From the NCBI RefSeq assembly GCF_001194135.2, contig NC_068983.1, positions 109,500,451-109,564,450 of the forward strand: a stretch of DNA of 64,000 bases, read 5' to 3'. Position 1 is the first letter of the stretch; each line of letters starts with the position of its first letter. Source of the DNA: Octopus bimaculoides. Its lineage: Eukaryota. Both the position numbers and the translations under genes were made by a program. The notes beneath the pieces were generated by a model. That model did not search any database. It was not told where the DNA came from and was given only the letters and a program-made list of their open reading frames with translations. Positions 51,217-63,697 of the stretch are shown piece by piece.

Positions 51217-51889
51217 ATTAATTTATATTTTTAAAATCATCGTAACTTCTTTTGATTACAAAGCTGGAGAAACAATATAACTGAATTTGTATAGTTTTCT
51301 TATTCAGCATAACAGCTAGAAAAAATAGTTTGGATATAAAGACTGAAGGAAATAGAAAACTTGTAAATGAAAACAATATAAGCACATAGAAAAGAAAAAT
51401 GTAATCTATATTGTTTTTCATCTTTCAATTAGGTATATAAGAAAAACAAATTTTCCTTAAAGCAGTATATACAAATGCTTTTTTTTTATGTAAATCAATT
51501 TTAAGAACAAAATATTTTAATTTTATAAGAAATGTAGTTTAATAAAACCCTCCAAGGAATACTCTTTTATCTCAAAAGGCGACGTTAGTATTATTTGCAA
51601 TGATATACCATGCATATCGTGATTATACTTGTGAATTTGTGTGGTAGAGTTTGCTTCAAAACATGCCCCTTTTTAAAGAGAGTAGTTCTAGCTGAAAATG
51701 TTTTTCATTTTATTTTTTTCTTTGTTTACATATTTTTTCACTTTTGGCATTTTTATACTCTTTTATAATGATGTTTTTTTTTCCAAGAATGGATGGGAAT
51801 CATATACAAATACCTGTATTTACATGCAGTTGCAAAAATCTGTATTTCTGAACTACTAATGCTCTAATCACAGATTAAGAGTAAAGTCA

Positions 51890-52000
51890 GGTATTGCCAA
51901 GTACAGTGAGGCATGTAAAACTTTACCCAAGAACACAGCACAACTGAAGCAAGATTTGATTTTGTATTCATGTAGTTAGTAGTCCAGCATCTTAACCTTA
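51890..52000 (-). mobile_element. Degenerate tRNA-derived SINE head
   Basis: Reverse complement GGTTAAGATGCTGGACTACTAAC...GTGCTGTGTTCTTGGGTAAAG. Confidence 0.5.
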
Positions 52001-52599
52001 CAGTTTTTAAATTATGAAAACAAACTGAAGACGAGAAAACAGTTGAACAAACAGAATAAAGTTGTGTGCTTACAATGGAAGTTTAGTACAAATTTCAGCT
52101 ATAATGTAATTTTGACATGCTAACAAAAGATCAATGTTTAATTTTGAATTCTAGTTACTCCTTGCTTTCTGTCTCATCATACTAAGGAAGCAATGACGGA
52201 CATGCTGAGCAGATTGTGCTTTTGCAAATTATCTAATTTGTGGTTTATATATTTCATTCAACGTCTTAAGGAAAATACTGTTGAAATAAAAAAATAAAAA
52301 CACTAGGCAGTTAAGCAAAACACAAACTCTTTGTTTTTGTTTTTTCATTGTGTAAAACTAAAAACTATAATCAGTGTACTTTGATTGCTTTTACTTATTT
52401 CTTGCTTATCTTGTTTGTTTAGTTCCAGACAGTTTTTCACTTGATTATATATGAAGCTGAAACATACTGAAATCTTGATCATTACATTACATTCAATTTA
52501 AATACACTGGATCTATTAAATTGTTAAGTAACTCAAATGCTCCACTGTTGGAGACAACTAAGTAAATCAAACCATCATCTAGCTGAGACAGGTGAGCAG

Positions 52600-54300
52600 T
52601 AACCAAAAAAATTAATCTTATAAAACTGCTGATTAAATAACCAAAACCAAATATGTCCAAAACAATTAAACAAATAACTAAATTTCTCCTCTGATATACT
52701 CTTCCATTACTAATGCCTAAAACTTTAAATCCTCCAAAATCGTCACTCACTACTGCAGTTGTTACCACTCTAATCAACTGGTGTGAAACCTCCATCATAA
52801 AACTGGAAGGAGGTCACACATCACCACAGTGCTAGTTAAAATATCATTAAAAATATTTTTTCATATATTTTATAGCTTCCAAGCACACACATCTCCCCAA
52901 TTTCAACTGGATTTGCTGGATTTGTTTTACTTTCCACTCATCAGTGAAAATGTTTCTCTAAGTATTCTTTCTTCACCATCAAATTTACTTCTAGTTGAAC
53001 AGAACACTTTTGAAACATTTTTGTGTTGATCTTTATTGTCCACAATACACTATGTACAAATTCACTAAGTGTGGAAACCTGTCTGATTATTCTGACACAA
53101 AGTAGCTGTTACTCTCAGTAAACTTTAAAGTCTCTCTCTCACTCCCTCTCTCTCTGTCACTTCCTCTCTCTTTCATTCTTTCTTTATAGTTATCTAATCC
53201 AGCACTTGAGTAATTACTCATTCTAAAATAGTAGTGTTTGTCATTCTATCAACATCTGATATATCACCCCCACTTCCAGAATTTCAACAGCTTTTGAAAA
53301 TGATAGTAAAGGACAACCTTATTTATCCCCTTAATTCGCTCTTCACTTTCATGGTCACCGGCATGAGTTCTGTAGTTATACAGAAATCATACTAGTGCTT
53401 CCATGCTTAATGCACTAGTAGTGTCTCACATTTGAAGATTTAGAAAGCAATATTGTTATGTTTGACATCAGCAAAATGCTTGAACACACCTAGATTTAGA
53501 ATTGTCTCTCATAATTTCCCATACATAGGCTCCATCCAAATGTAATCTCTTGGATTGGAAATTTCTTGCTGAACCACTGTCTAGCAGTATCTACTGATGA
53601 ACATCTCTCCATTTGATATTTTATCAACTGAGATGTATCTCAATGTTTGATTATGTATCCTATACTTTACTCTATGTACATTAATAATCTCAGTGTCAGT
53701 CCACACTCATATAGTTCTATCCATATTGTCATTCCCCAATAACGTTTTACAAATGGGTATTATCCCATATCTAAACACTAATACAAAAAAATATACTCCG
53801 TATATATCTATGAATTGAAACTTTGTAGACATTACCTGACACTATGGCGATTTACTCTCATTCAATAGTCTCAGGATGCACTCATTATACATATGGAATA
53901 AATACATCCACCATGATACCTTTCTTAATTGTGAGCAAAATATAATTAAAATCTTTATAAACTTTAGAAAAGGCCTTGATGTTTCTACTAACCTGCCAGA
54001 GTGGCTCCATATCTCAGCATAGTCAAACGTTATGCTTAATCTTTCTAATTGAGAAACTACTTCACGTTTGAACAGTTGCAAACACATAGTGGAAATATGA
54101 CCTATACTGGAATATTGCACCAGTGTATGAGGTGGACAGCTGCTAGACAAAAATATTTTTCATAATATTGTGAAAAAAAGTCTCTTCTATTAATTAAGAA
54201 CTCTTTATTCACTACAGTGATTATCCCACTAATGGATAGTCTTTGCTTTATGTTGCATATAATGTTCCTACAAAGGATTCTGCTCCTATAAACTAACAAG
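52600..54300 (+). mobile_element. Old CR1/L2-group LINE relic
   Basis: IVMFDISKM (DISKAFD), NVISWIGNFLLNHCLAV...DVSQCLIMYPILYSMYINNL (SFL.NR...GVPQGSILGPxLFxIYINDL), PILEYCTSV*GG (RPILEYC..W). Confidence 0.7.
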
Positions 54301-54762
54301 CAAAACTGCTTCTCTTTCTCATGCCATACCTACAACGTTTCTTCTAAGCACCCATAACTATTTTATCTAAATTCTTTTTTCTCAGAACTTGAACCCCTTG
54401 AATCTTACACTGTTCACAAATGTAGTTATAAACTTACGGAAGTTCAAGTTAAACATTAATTGCACTAACCTCTAAACGTGAGAAAAGTCTATAAATATTA
54501 CAGGCATTATGGTTCTTTACATACACTTTGTAGCATCAAAAATTATTTAATTTTTTCTTTACATATTAATTTCTACAAAGCAGTTTAATATTTAAGGAAA
54601 GAAATTCTCTTCCATTTGATGTCTTAACATTGATGGAATCTCAAATGACTTGACATTTTTGATNNNNNNNNNNNNNNNNNNNNNNNNNNNNNNNNNNNNN
54701 NNNNNNNNNNNNNNNNNNNNNNNNNNNNNNNNNNNNNNNNNNNNNNNNNNNNTATATATATA

Positions 54763-55125
54763 TGTAGTGGCGCATGTGGCCGCCATCTTGGGAAGGGCCA
54801 TTGCGCATGTGCAAGGGACTTGCCGTCAGCGGAAGTACCCGAGCACGCATGCGCAATGCAACAGGTGGAGAGAGAGCAATAGCGTTCGATCTCTTATCCA
54901 TTCAGCAGCTCTCACAACTCGACCCCGACATGTGGTCGAAGCTTCTTTGGTATCCTAGCGGCATGCCTGTTCACCCAGGAACGAAACGGCTCTACACCAA
55001 CCTAGAATAAATTATTGATCTGTTGTTACCGTTATCCCTCGTTTTGTTGTATTTCTGGATTTTAATGATGAATATAAGAAATGGGGAGAGGTGGCCGAGC
55101 CGTCATATCACAACCAATTCTTATA
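54763..55125 (+). repeat. 5' LTR (363 bp)
   Basis: TG start, ends TCTTATA (TCTTACA in 3' LTR), contains AATAAA. Confidence 0.9.
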
Positions 55126-55127
55126 AC

Positions 55128-55137
55128 TGGTGACCCC
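55128..55137 (+). other. Primer-binding site TGGTGACCCC (tRNA-Trp-type)
   Basis: 2 nt after the 5' LTR; complementary to a tRNA 3' end ...GGGGUCACCA, as in CsRn1-clade elements. Confidence 0.8.
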
Positions 55138-56203
55138 TAGTACAGAATACGGAATCTCTCACACAACTCGTTAAAAATGAAGAGACGACGAAAAAAAAAC
55201 AAAAAAAAAACAAGAGACGAGGGAATGGAACAATCCAACCAACTGCAACAGTTTTCTTACCCCGGAGAAAAATACCATACAGTCTGGAAACTGAACCATC
55301 AACTACTATGACACGAGCGTATTTCTCTCACCCACGTGTTTTTTTTAACACCAACTGAGGCCGAGGAAAGAACAAACGAGTGAACAGTGATTTCTCTTTT
55401 TGCCTGACTCCACATGGCTTGAAAACCAGAAAAAAAAACAAACGTTGCTTCCATCTATTGTCTTACAGGACAACACACAAAGAAAAAAATACTACACACA
55501 CGCACATACATAAAAAAGTTTTTGCTTGTATTGTTTTTTTTTTCCTTGCAGCAACGACGTAAGGTTGGTCAACAATATTTTTTTCTACAGACAGTACAAA
55601 GCAACACCTGAGGTCTAGCCGCTGACCACAGAGCACACAGCCAGTTCCAGCGACGACACGACTATAGCCTCATGGAGACCCAACACTTCGTTCAGCAGCT
55701 TACGGACCTCCATCTTTATCGCCTCCAGCTTCTGAGAGTCAACACCAACTTCTTGCTACGTACACAGCAACCAACAGCACTCACACAGGTTCTATCTCAA
55801 CACTGTTTGTGAATTATTTCACTATGGTTAACAGCGAATACAACCTGCGAGAACTCCTGTACCAAGTAACCGGCAGCAGCATTGAAGCCACAACCTCTCA
55901 CGACATGTGCATCTCCTCCGGCTCTGTTACGCGGCCTCGACGTCTTGTTACAGCACCTCAACTACTGTGTACCTTAACTACGAAGTGGTATTTACTATCC
56001 TTGTGTCTGGACTTTCTTCTAACGCCCTTATAGACTCTTTTCTATGCTCTGTATTACTTGCACACACATGCATCCATGTTTGTATACACATACACTTTGT
56101 TTACATGACGGCCTGCCTATTATTGTGTTTATATGTCACACTCACACAAACAGAAAAAAAAACAAAAGCAAACACCATTGTTTTTTTTTGTTTTACGAAC
56201 ATT

Positions 56204-56242
<39 letters not shown>

Positions 56243-56329
56243 NNNNNNNNNNNNNNNNNNNNNNNNNNNNNNNNNNNNNNNNNNNNNNNNNNNNNNNNNN
56301 NNNNNNNNNNNNNNNNNNNNNNNNNNNNN

Positions 56330-57000
56330 GCGCATATAATGTGCACACTGTCTTCTAAAACAGACAAACTCTCTCCTCGTGTTTTCAGTCACCTGGACTA
56401 TATTTCACAGTCATTTGCCAGGGAAGCAGAACATCCCTGTTGATACTCTCACGAGACTCCCTGTCATTTCTATTTCCTCTCCTGCAACAATTGATTTGCT
56501 TACTATTTCGCAGGACCAAACTCTTTTGTCGACGTTAGATTTAACTTCGCCAAAATTCATCGAAGGCATCGTATACGCACCACCAGCTACCATCCCGCTT
56601 CTAATGGGATGGTTGAGCGATTTCATAGGCAACTTAAGGCTGCCTTACGCGCCTCGCCCAACCCGCACCCTTTCGTGTGCTTTCTTGCACTCTAAAAGTT
56701 CTTCAAGGTCGACGCTAATGGTCGTACAGAGATTGTGTCTGTCGACCGTCTGAAAATAGCGTACCTTAAAAAACCCTCAACTTCCGTGGACGACATTCCC
56801 GTTTCTCAAACACCGCACACACCACTGTCAACATCATTACCACCACACACACCACTGTCAACATCTTTACCAATGCATGCACCAACATCAATACCATCAC
56901 AAATACACACACCAGAAACCACTCCACCTTCGTCTTTGCGACAAAACTCAAGTGACCCTTATGTCACTAGATCTGGCCGGACAGTGCATTGGCCAAAGAA
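56330..57000 (+). pseudogene. Gypsy pol remnants (RNase H end, partial integrase)
   Basis: KLSPRVFSHLDYISQ, HLPGKQNIPVDTLTR, RIRTTSYHPASNGMVERFHRQLKAAL, KFFKVDANGRTEIVSVDRLKIAYL, VTRSGRTVHWP; separated by deletions and frameshifts. Confidence 0.9.
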
Positions 57001-57538
57001 ACTTTCCAAAACAATATAAATTTGACATTTTTGTGCCGCCATTTCATTTCTCTGTACAAACAAACATTGTTTTTCTTCCATTTCTGTGCACAGTAACGTG
57101 CTAAAAGAAAATATGTACACATTACATATTGTTTCAACCTTTGCAAACACATTTCCTCACGCCAACACCTTCGTTGCAACTTTCTTTCACACAGACCCTT
57201 TATCTCTAGGCCTGGCTGAACTTTTCATGTTGAACAGAACCTTTTTCTTACTCACATCGTGTCGGATGCAAAAGTTTTGCTTCCATTATTACATCCGACA
57301 CAGCATTGCTTTGCAAAGTTATTGAGCTTGTCATTCTTTGTTTTAGCAAAACAATTTTTATTTTTTCATTGTATAATTTTAGCCATGTTTTCTGGGTTGG
57401 GCGGCCATCTTGTTTCTGCGCCCTCTACAATCTTTCCTTGTTTTGTGCTATGCACTCGGGGGGGGNNNNNNNNNNNNNNNNNNNNNNNNNNNNNNNNNNN
57501 NNNNNNNNNNNNNNNNNNNNNGGGGGGGGGGGAGACAT

Positions 57539-57924
57539 TGTAGTGGCGCGTGTGGCCGCAATCTTGGGAAGTGACATTGCGCATGTGCAAGGGATTTGCC
57601 GTCAGCGGAAGTACCCGAGCACGCATGCGCAATGCAACAGGTGGAGAGAGAGCAATAGCGTTCGATCTCTTATTCGCCCAGCAGCTGTCGCGACAGGACG
57701 TTCTTCCCGGCTCTCACAACTCGACCCCGACATGTGGCCGAAACTTCCTTGGTATCCTAGCGGCATGCCTGTTCACCCAGGAACGAAACGGCTCTACACC
57801 AACCTAGAATAAATTATTGATCTGTTGTTACCGTTATCCCTCGTGTTGTATTTCTGGATTTTAATGATGAATATAAGAACTGGGGAGAAATGGCCGAGCC
57901 GTCATATCTCATCCAAATCTTACA
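57539..57924 (+). repeat. 3' LTR (386 bp)
   Basis: TG...CA termini, preceded by polypurine tract GGGG...GGAGAC. Confidence 0.92.
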
Positions 57925-57929
57925 CACCC

Positions 57930-57966
<37 letters not shown>

Positions 57967-57970
57967 TACA

Positions 57971-58484
57971 CAGTAATACCTCACTATACGAGGACCTGCT
58001 TTATGAGACCCTGGGTTTATGAGTCTTATTTTTCAAGCACAAGATCCAAATTTTGAATGAAGTGCAAAAGTTTCTACTACTATAAGAAATGCTTCTGTGT
58101 TACTGAGAAATATATGAAGACCAAATAAAAAAATGCTTCTTCCAAGCAAACAATTCTAGACTTGTTTTTTAAAAAGAAATCTACAAGTCTGTAAGAGAGA
58201 TGGTGTGCATGCATCCAGTGCAAGTGAAAATGATTATAATAACATAATGTATTATAAATGATCTTGAGAATCTTTTTACTTTACATAAAATATTCTTTAC
58301 ATTCTACTGTTGTTTTATTGCCATGTATTTAGGAATATTATAAATTTTACGGGTAAAATATTTTTTCTGGGAGCGAATTACAATTCATAATATTGCTAGT
58401 ATGGGACATTATTGCTCTGCTTAATGAGTTTTCATTTTACGAGCAGTCTCTTGGAACAAATTAACTCGTATATCAAGACATTAC

Positions 58485-58486
<2 letters not shown>
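57971..58486. mobile_element. Tigger/pogo-type MITE
   Basis: Imperfect TIRs CAGTAATACCTCACTATACGAG and CTCGTATATCAAGACATTACTG, similar to the Tigger ends at 60887/63189; AT-rich non-coding interior. Confidence 0.75.
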
Positions 58487-58537
<51 letters not shown>

Positions 58538-60041
58538 CTCAATTACAAACTATGGTTGATGATGGTTAGCTCATAAGATATGAATGGTTTTGTTCCTAGC
58601 AGTCCTGAGAGAATAACTAATATTCACAAAACATATTCCTTAGGAATTTTATATTTTTTCAGTAAATTTCAGAAATTCAAAATAAAGTGGAGTGACTTTA
58701 CATAATATATGAAATAATTTTACGTTTCCTTGCCACTTAAAGCTATATTTTTATTATTTTTAAGGGGAAATGTAAGATGACAATGAACATTTGTGAAGAA
58801 AACAAAAGTAAGTTGCTACATAAATAACAGCCAAATCTGCATAGAATCATGCCCTGTACCATCTTACCTTTAAAACTAAAGAAAATTATGAATATTGGAT
58901 AATATAGACTGAGATAAACTATCCAAAAAGAAAAGATAGACGTAACTAGAATGTCTGAGCTAAGGTTAAGCAACAACTACAACCAAGCCAATAATCGCTT
59001 GCTGAGAGATATTTTCTTCAAGATAAAAAATTTCTAAGAATGGTTTAATAAATAAGAATAAATCATGATCCAATTCACTTCAATGAATTCTGAGGGAAGA
59101 AAGAATAAGCACATATTTTCAAACATCCTTCTTTTCAATGCAGCTCTGGAGTAAAATGTTATGAATATTGTTTCATATTAGTAATAATTTGCACTCAGTC
59201 AATACAAAGTGTGGATGAATGCTTTTATGTAGAAAGGATTAAGTCAGCCAAAATCCAGTATTTTTAGATAAAATATCCTATTCTTTTATCTTGAAAAAAG
59301 AAAAGGTGTTAATATCATTCTCACTGGTGAGATGGATTAGTTACAAGGGTTTTATAAGAGAGAAATATTATTTTCTGTGCATATCACAGATCTGATTACC
59401 AAATATAGTTCACCTGATAGCTATAGCTTATTCTTTCATAAGCCATACCAGATACTTTTCAATAAATGAAAGCATATATTAGTGTGGGTAAATTTTTAAA
59501 CACAAAATTAAAGTACTGAGATGTGAGTTGATTATCTAATACAAACAAGTACTCTATTGCCTAGTAATTTTTTTAGTTTCTGACACTCAGTGACAATCTC
59601 TTTTTTCTTTTACATTTCAGCTTCAAGGGTGTGGTCATGCTGGGGCATATATATTTATCATTATACATATCCATCATATTATGTTAAAATGTCTTCTTGA
59701 CAAGTTTCATTTCTTTATTTCCCTGAAGAGAAAATTACATTGTTTTACACCATTTTATTCCTTTTGAATAATACTAGTGATATCTTTGAAACATGTGTTG
59801 GAAGTAAAAGAATTTGAATAACAGCTGCATTTAATTCCATTTATTTATTTATTTATATTATACAAAATATTTCACGTGAACTGAGAGTTTCTACATTTAA
59901 AATCAGGGAGTTACAGCCTTTTTACTTGTGTGATTTTTTGCTACCCTGGTAACTATTTATCTATTTTTTCCATGATAATTGTTATCAAGGGTAAAAGAAA
60001 ATGGAGATATGCAATAGTCAATTCAAAAATTAAAATCTTTT

Positions 60042-60431
60042 AGGCGCAGGCGTGGCTGTGTGGTAAGCAGTTGGCTTCAACCACATGGTTCTAGATTCAG
60101 TCCCTCTGCATGGCACCTTGAGCAAGTGTCTTCAACTATAACCTCGGGCTGACCAAAGCCTTGTGAGTGGATTTGGTAAATGGAAACTGAAAGAAGTACG
60201 TCACATATATATATATGCGTGTGTGTGTCTTTGGTCTGTGTTTATTACTCCGCCATTGCTTGACAACCGATGGTGTTTATATACCCGAAATTTAACAGTT
60301 GGCAAAAGAAACTGATAGAATAAGTACTAGGCTTACAATGCATAAGCCCTGGGGTCGATTTGTTCGACTAAAGGTGGTGCTCCAGCACAGTCGCTGTCAA
60401 ATGGCTGCAACGTATAAACGAGTAAAAGAGT
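60042..60431 (+). mobile_element. Full-length tRNA-derived SINE
   Basis: AGGCGCAGGCGTGGCTGTGTGGTAAG head to GGGGTCGATTTGTTCGACTAAAGG...GAGTAAAAGAG tail. Confidence 0.9.
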
Positions 60432-60886
60432 ATAATATTATATCATATTCTTATAATGATATGATAAATAATAAATATTAAATACAAATTACATACAATT
60501 GTTTCGATTCTTACCCAAAATAAAATTGTAGAAATCCATTGTTTGTGGGTAAGAATCTCTTGAATGTAATTTTTGATATTTGAGGATTCACAGAGCCAAG
60601 AAAAGACTGAATTAAAATATATCTATGTTTTCAAGCGTGAGCATCAATAATTAAAAACAAAAAATGAAAAATAAAATATGAAAAATAAACTAATTCAATG
60701 GTCACAAAATATATTTGTATATTATTAAGTATTTTAATCTAAATATATCTTAGTGCATTGTTTTATTTTTTTAAATACAAAGAACAATATTAAAAAAAAA
60801 TATCCCTTTCATTCTTTCATATCATAAAAGAATACACGTCATAATAACAATATGCTATTTATCTATGGGTAAATAGCAAAATTATA

Positions 60887-63189
60887 CAGTAGAACCTCGC
60901 AGTACGAGCGAGTTTCATACAAGTGACTGCTAGTTGGCACTGAGTTCGCACACGCTCTCCCAAGAAGCACAGCCTCCGCTCGCTCAGTCCATGCATTTAT
61001 CTCATGGTAACATCATCCCTGTTGTGTGTTTTTTTAGTTTTGTGCATTTTTTGCTGTTATTTTATAATAATTAGTTGCGTTAGCCATGAGTCCTGAGAAG
61101 GTTAGTGCAAAGGACAGTGCTGAGAAGAAGAAAAAGCTGATTATGATAGAACTGAAGAAGGAAATCATTGATAAATATGAGAGAAGAGTGCGTGTAGTGG
61201 ACACAGCATGTCAATACGACCGAAGTACGTCGACAATCTGCACCATCTTGAAGGAAAAGGAGACCAAGGCCGTTACAGCAGCAAAGAAAGGGTGTCTCCA
61301 GGCTCTCTAAGCAATGCACGTCTGTCCATGAAGAGATGGAAAAATTGCTTCTCCTCTGGATCCACGAGAAGCAACTCACAGGGGATATGATTACGGGGAT
61401 CATCATCTGCGGGAAAGCACAAGCGCTCTATGGGGATTTCCTGAAGCAGAACCCTGGAGTATCAGCAGGGGAGACATCGGCAAATGTATTTAAGGTCAGT
61501 CGTGGCTGGTTCGATATTTTCAAGGAGAGGAGTGGTGTTCATAGTGTCGTTAGTTATAGAGAAACAGCGAGTTCTGACACAAAGGCAGCTGAGGATTTTG
61601 TGCGTGAATTTCATCAGCTCATCGCAGTCGATCGGTACATCACATGGCAGGTATTCAATTCTGATGAAACTGACCTTTTTTTGGAACACAAAATGCCCAG
61701 AAGAACCTACATAACTGCAGAGGAGAAGAAAATGCCAAACCACAAGCCTATGATATGTTAACTGTCGCCCTTTGTGCCAATGCAAATGGAAACTTGAAGA
61801 TTAAGCCACACCATATCTACCATTCTGAAAACCCGTGAACGTCCAAGTCACACAGAATCCTGAAGAAGAAGCTGCAGGTCATGTGGAGGGAAAATGTTAA
61901 AGCCTGGATCACCAGGCAATTCTTCACAGAGTGGGTCGATCTTATCTTCGGACCAGCAGTGAAAAGGACCTCCTGGAGAATGATCATCCAAGGCCCTCAT
62001 CATCCTCGACAATGCTCCTGCTCACCTTCCTAACTTTGAAAATAATATTCTGGATGAATTTAAATTCATAAAGGTTCTATACTTTTCACGCAATATCACC
62101 CCTATTTTGCAGCCCATGGACTATCAGGTGATTTCTAATTTTAAGACATTTTACACCAAACATCTGTTTCGTCGGTGCTTTGTGGACAGCAAAAATACAA
62201 ATCTAATCCTTCATGAGTTTTGGAAGGAGCACTACCACATCGTTAACCGTCTGAAAATCATCGATATGGCCAGGCAAGGTGTAATGAGGAGAATGCTGAA
62301 TTCTGCATGGAATAAACTGTGGCCTGACTGCGTGTCCGAGATTTCAAGGGGTTTGAGTCTGAGGCATCTGTAGTTGAGCAGATAGTGTCTCTTGACAAGT
62401 CCATGGGCTTCCATGTTGACGATGGGGACATTAGCGATTTCGTCGAGGAACATTCAAAGGAGCTGACGACAGGTGAATTCCTGCAGCTTCAAGAACAGCA
62501 GCATTCGGATGTGGTGGAAGAGATAGAGGCTCCCCAGATGAGGGCAGTGTAGTAGAAAAGGCTATCTCTATGAATGACATAAAAGCAGTGTTGGCAAAGT
62601 GGCAGCATGTTTCTGAATCTGCAGAAAAATATCACCCTGAAAATGTATCTACAGGTCGTGCAGCTACTTTATTTAATGACATTGCTCCGGTTCGTTTTCG
62701 AAACATTTTGAAAGGCAGGAAAAAGCAGACTCCTCTTGATATGTTTCTAATGAAACGACCTGCAAGTGTGAAAAGTGAAAGTGTCCCCGAAGCCTAAATT
62801 AAGTAAAATGAGAAAAAACGCCAGAAACTGTTCTTCCTGAAGATTTAATGGAAGGAGATTCTCCTTTCAAACAATAATCCTCCTCCCTGCTCTATCGTCT
62901 TCCTCGGGCACAAATCGTCCCATCTTTAAGGTAATTGAATTAATAAAACCAGTTAACATATTTCTTTTGCATTCTCTTTTATTATGTTTTTTATAACTGT
63001 CATTTTCCTTGTAACTTCACCTTTTCTGTTTTAAAGCCCATAAAATTTTGTTTTAGGGTGGTTTTGTGAGGATGGAATGGATTAATTATATTTTAATTAA
63101 TTTCAGTAGGGAAAATTGATTCGTACGAGTAAATCTTAAAACGAGCTCGGTCATGGAATGAATTAAACTCTTACTGTAAGGTATTACTG
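60887..63189 (+). mobile_element. Near-full-length defective Tigger (pogo family) transposon
   Basis: Ends CAGTAGAACCTCGCAGTACGAG and CTCTTACTGTAAGGTATTACTG, TA both sides, ~2.3 kb. Confidence 0.95.
61086..62797 (+). pseudogene. Tigger/pogo transposase pseudogene
   Basis: KKKKLIMIELKKEIIDKYE (HTH), MEKLLLLWIHEKQ, FKVSRGWFDIFKER, QVFNSDETDLF, LILDNAPAH-like, QPMDYQVI; multiple frameshifts. Confidence 0.93.
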
Positions 63190-63444
63190 TATATTTAAAA
63201 TACTTTATCATCTCTAGTCAAATAGCAAACAATATTATAAATGGACTTGATAGATTTTTATTGCCTTCACAGTGTTTACCGTTTTACAAAATTAAATTAG
63301 AAAATTGGACAAAACAGACAACACAACTGAAAAAATTAAAAAGAAAAAAGAGGAAAAAACAAAACAATTCATCACATTGGGTTGAAAAGTTGGGGGTGCT
63401 GGAAAATTTCTCTAATGGCTATTGAGGCACGCCAGCATGCTTGC

Positions 63445-63640
63445 AGGGTTGCCACGGGTGATCGCAAGGCTGATGTGCTATCATTTAATTTTTCTTTTGT
63501 TAAAAGTATTCTTTTCCTACTGTCTACAGACACGGTCAGGCTGAAATAATGCATTCTTTCAGGAGTGAATAAAAAATTCTCAAACTTGAGTGGATGGGGC
63601 CCTTAGATACTAACATGGGCCTCCATTTATGGGTTCTAAG
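63445..63640. repeat. Unclassified dispersed repeat, copy 2 (copy 1 at 20905-21090)
   Basis: Same sequence as copy 1, with an extra GAGTGGATGGGGCCC block. Confidence 0.75.
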
Positions 63641-63697
63641 GGCTCAGGGGTCCACTTGCCATCAGGTAAGGTGACAAGCTACCCACTCCCCCACTGT

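Larger units (their letters stand above)
54763..57924 (+). mobile_element. Internally deleted Gypsy LTR retrotransposon, CsRn1-like clade
   Basis: Two related LTRs starting TGTAGTGGCG, PBS TGGTGACCCC, G-rich PPT, RNase H and integrase remnants. Confidence 0.9.

Noticed and set aside
6830-56443. Long ORFs in the track made of X, YI, CV, TH or LS runs
   Set aside because: They are N-gaps and microsatellites read through, not genes.
56800-56910. 30-bp tandem repeats (PHTPLSTSLP)
   Set aside because: Low-complexity linker in the Gypsy integrase tail; not a CRISPR-like or separate array.
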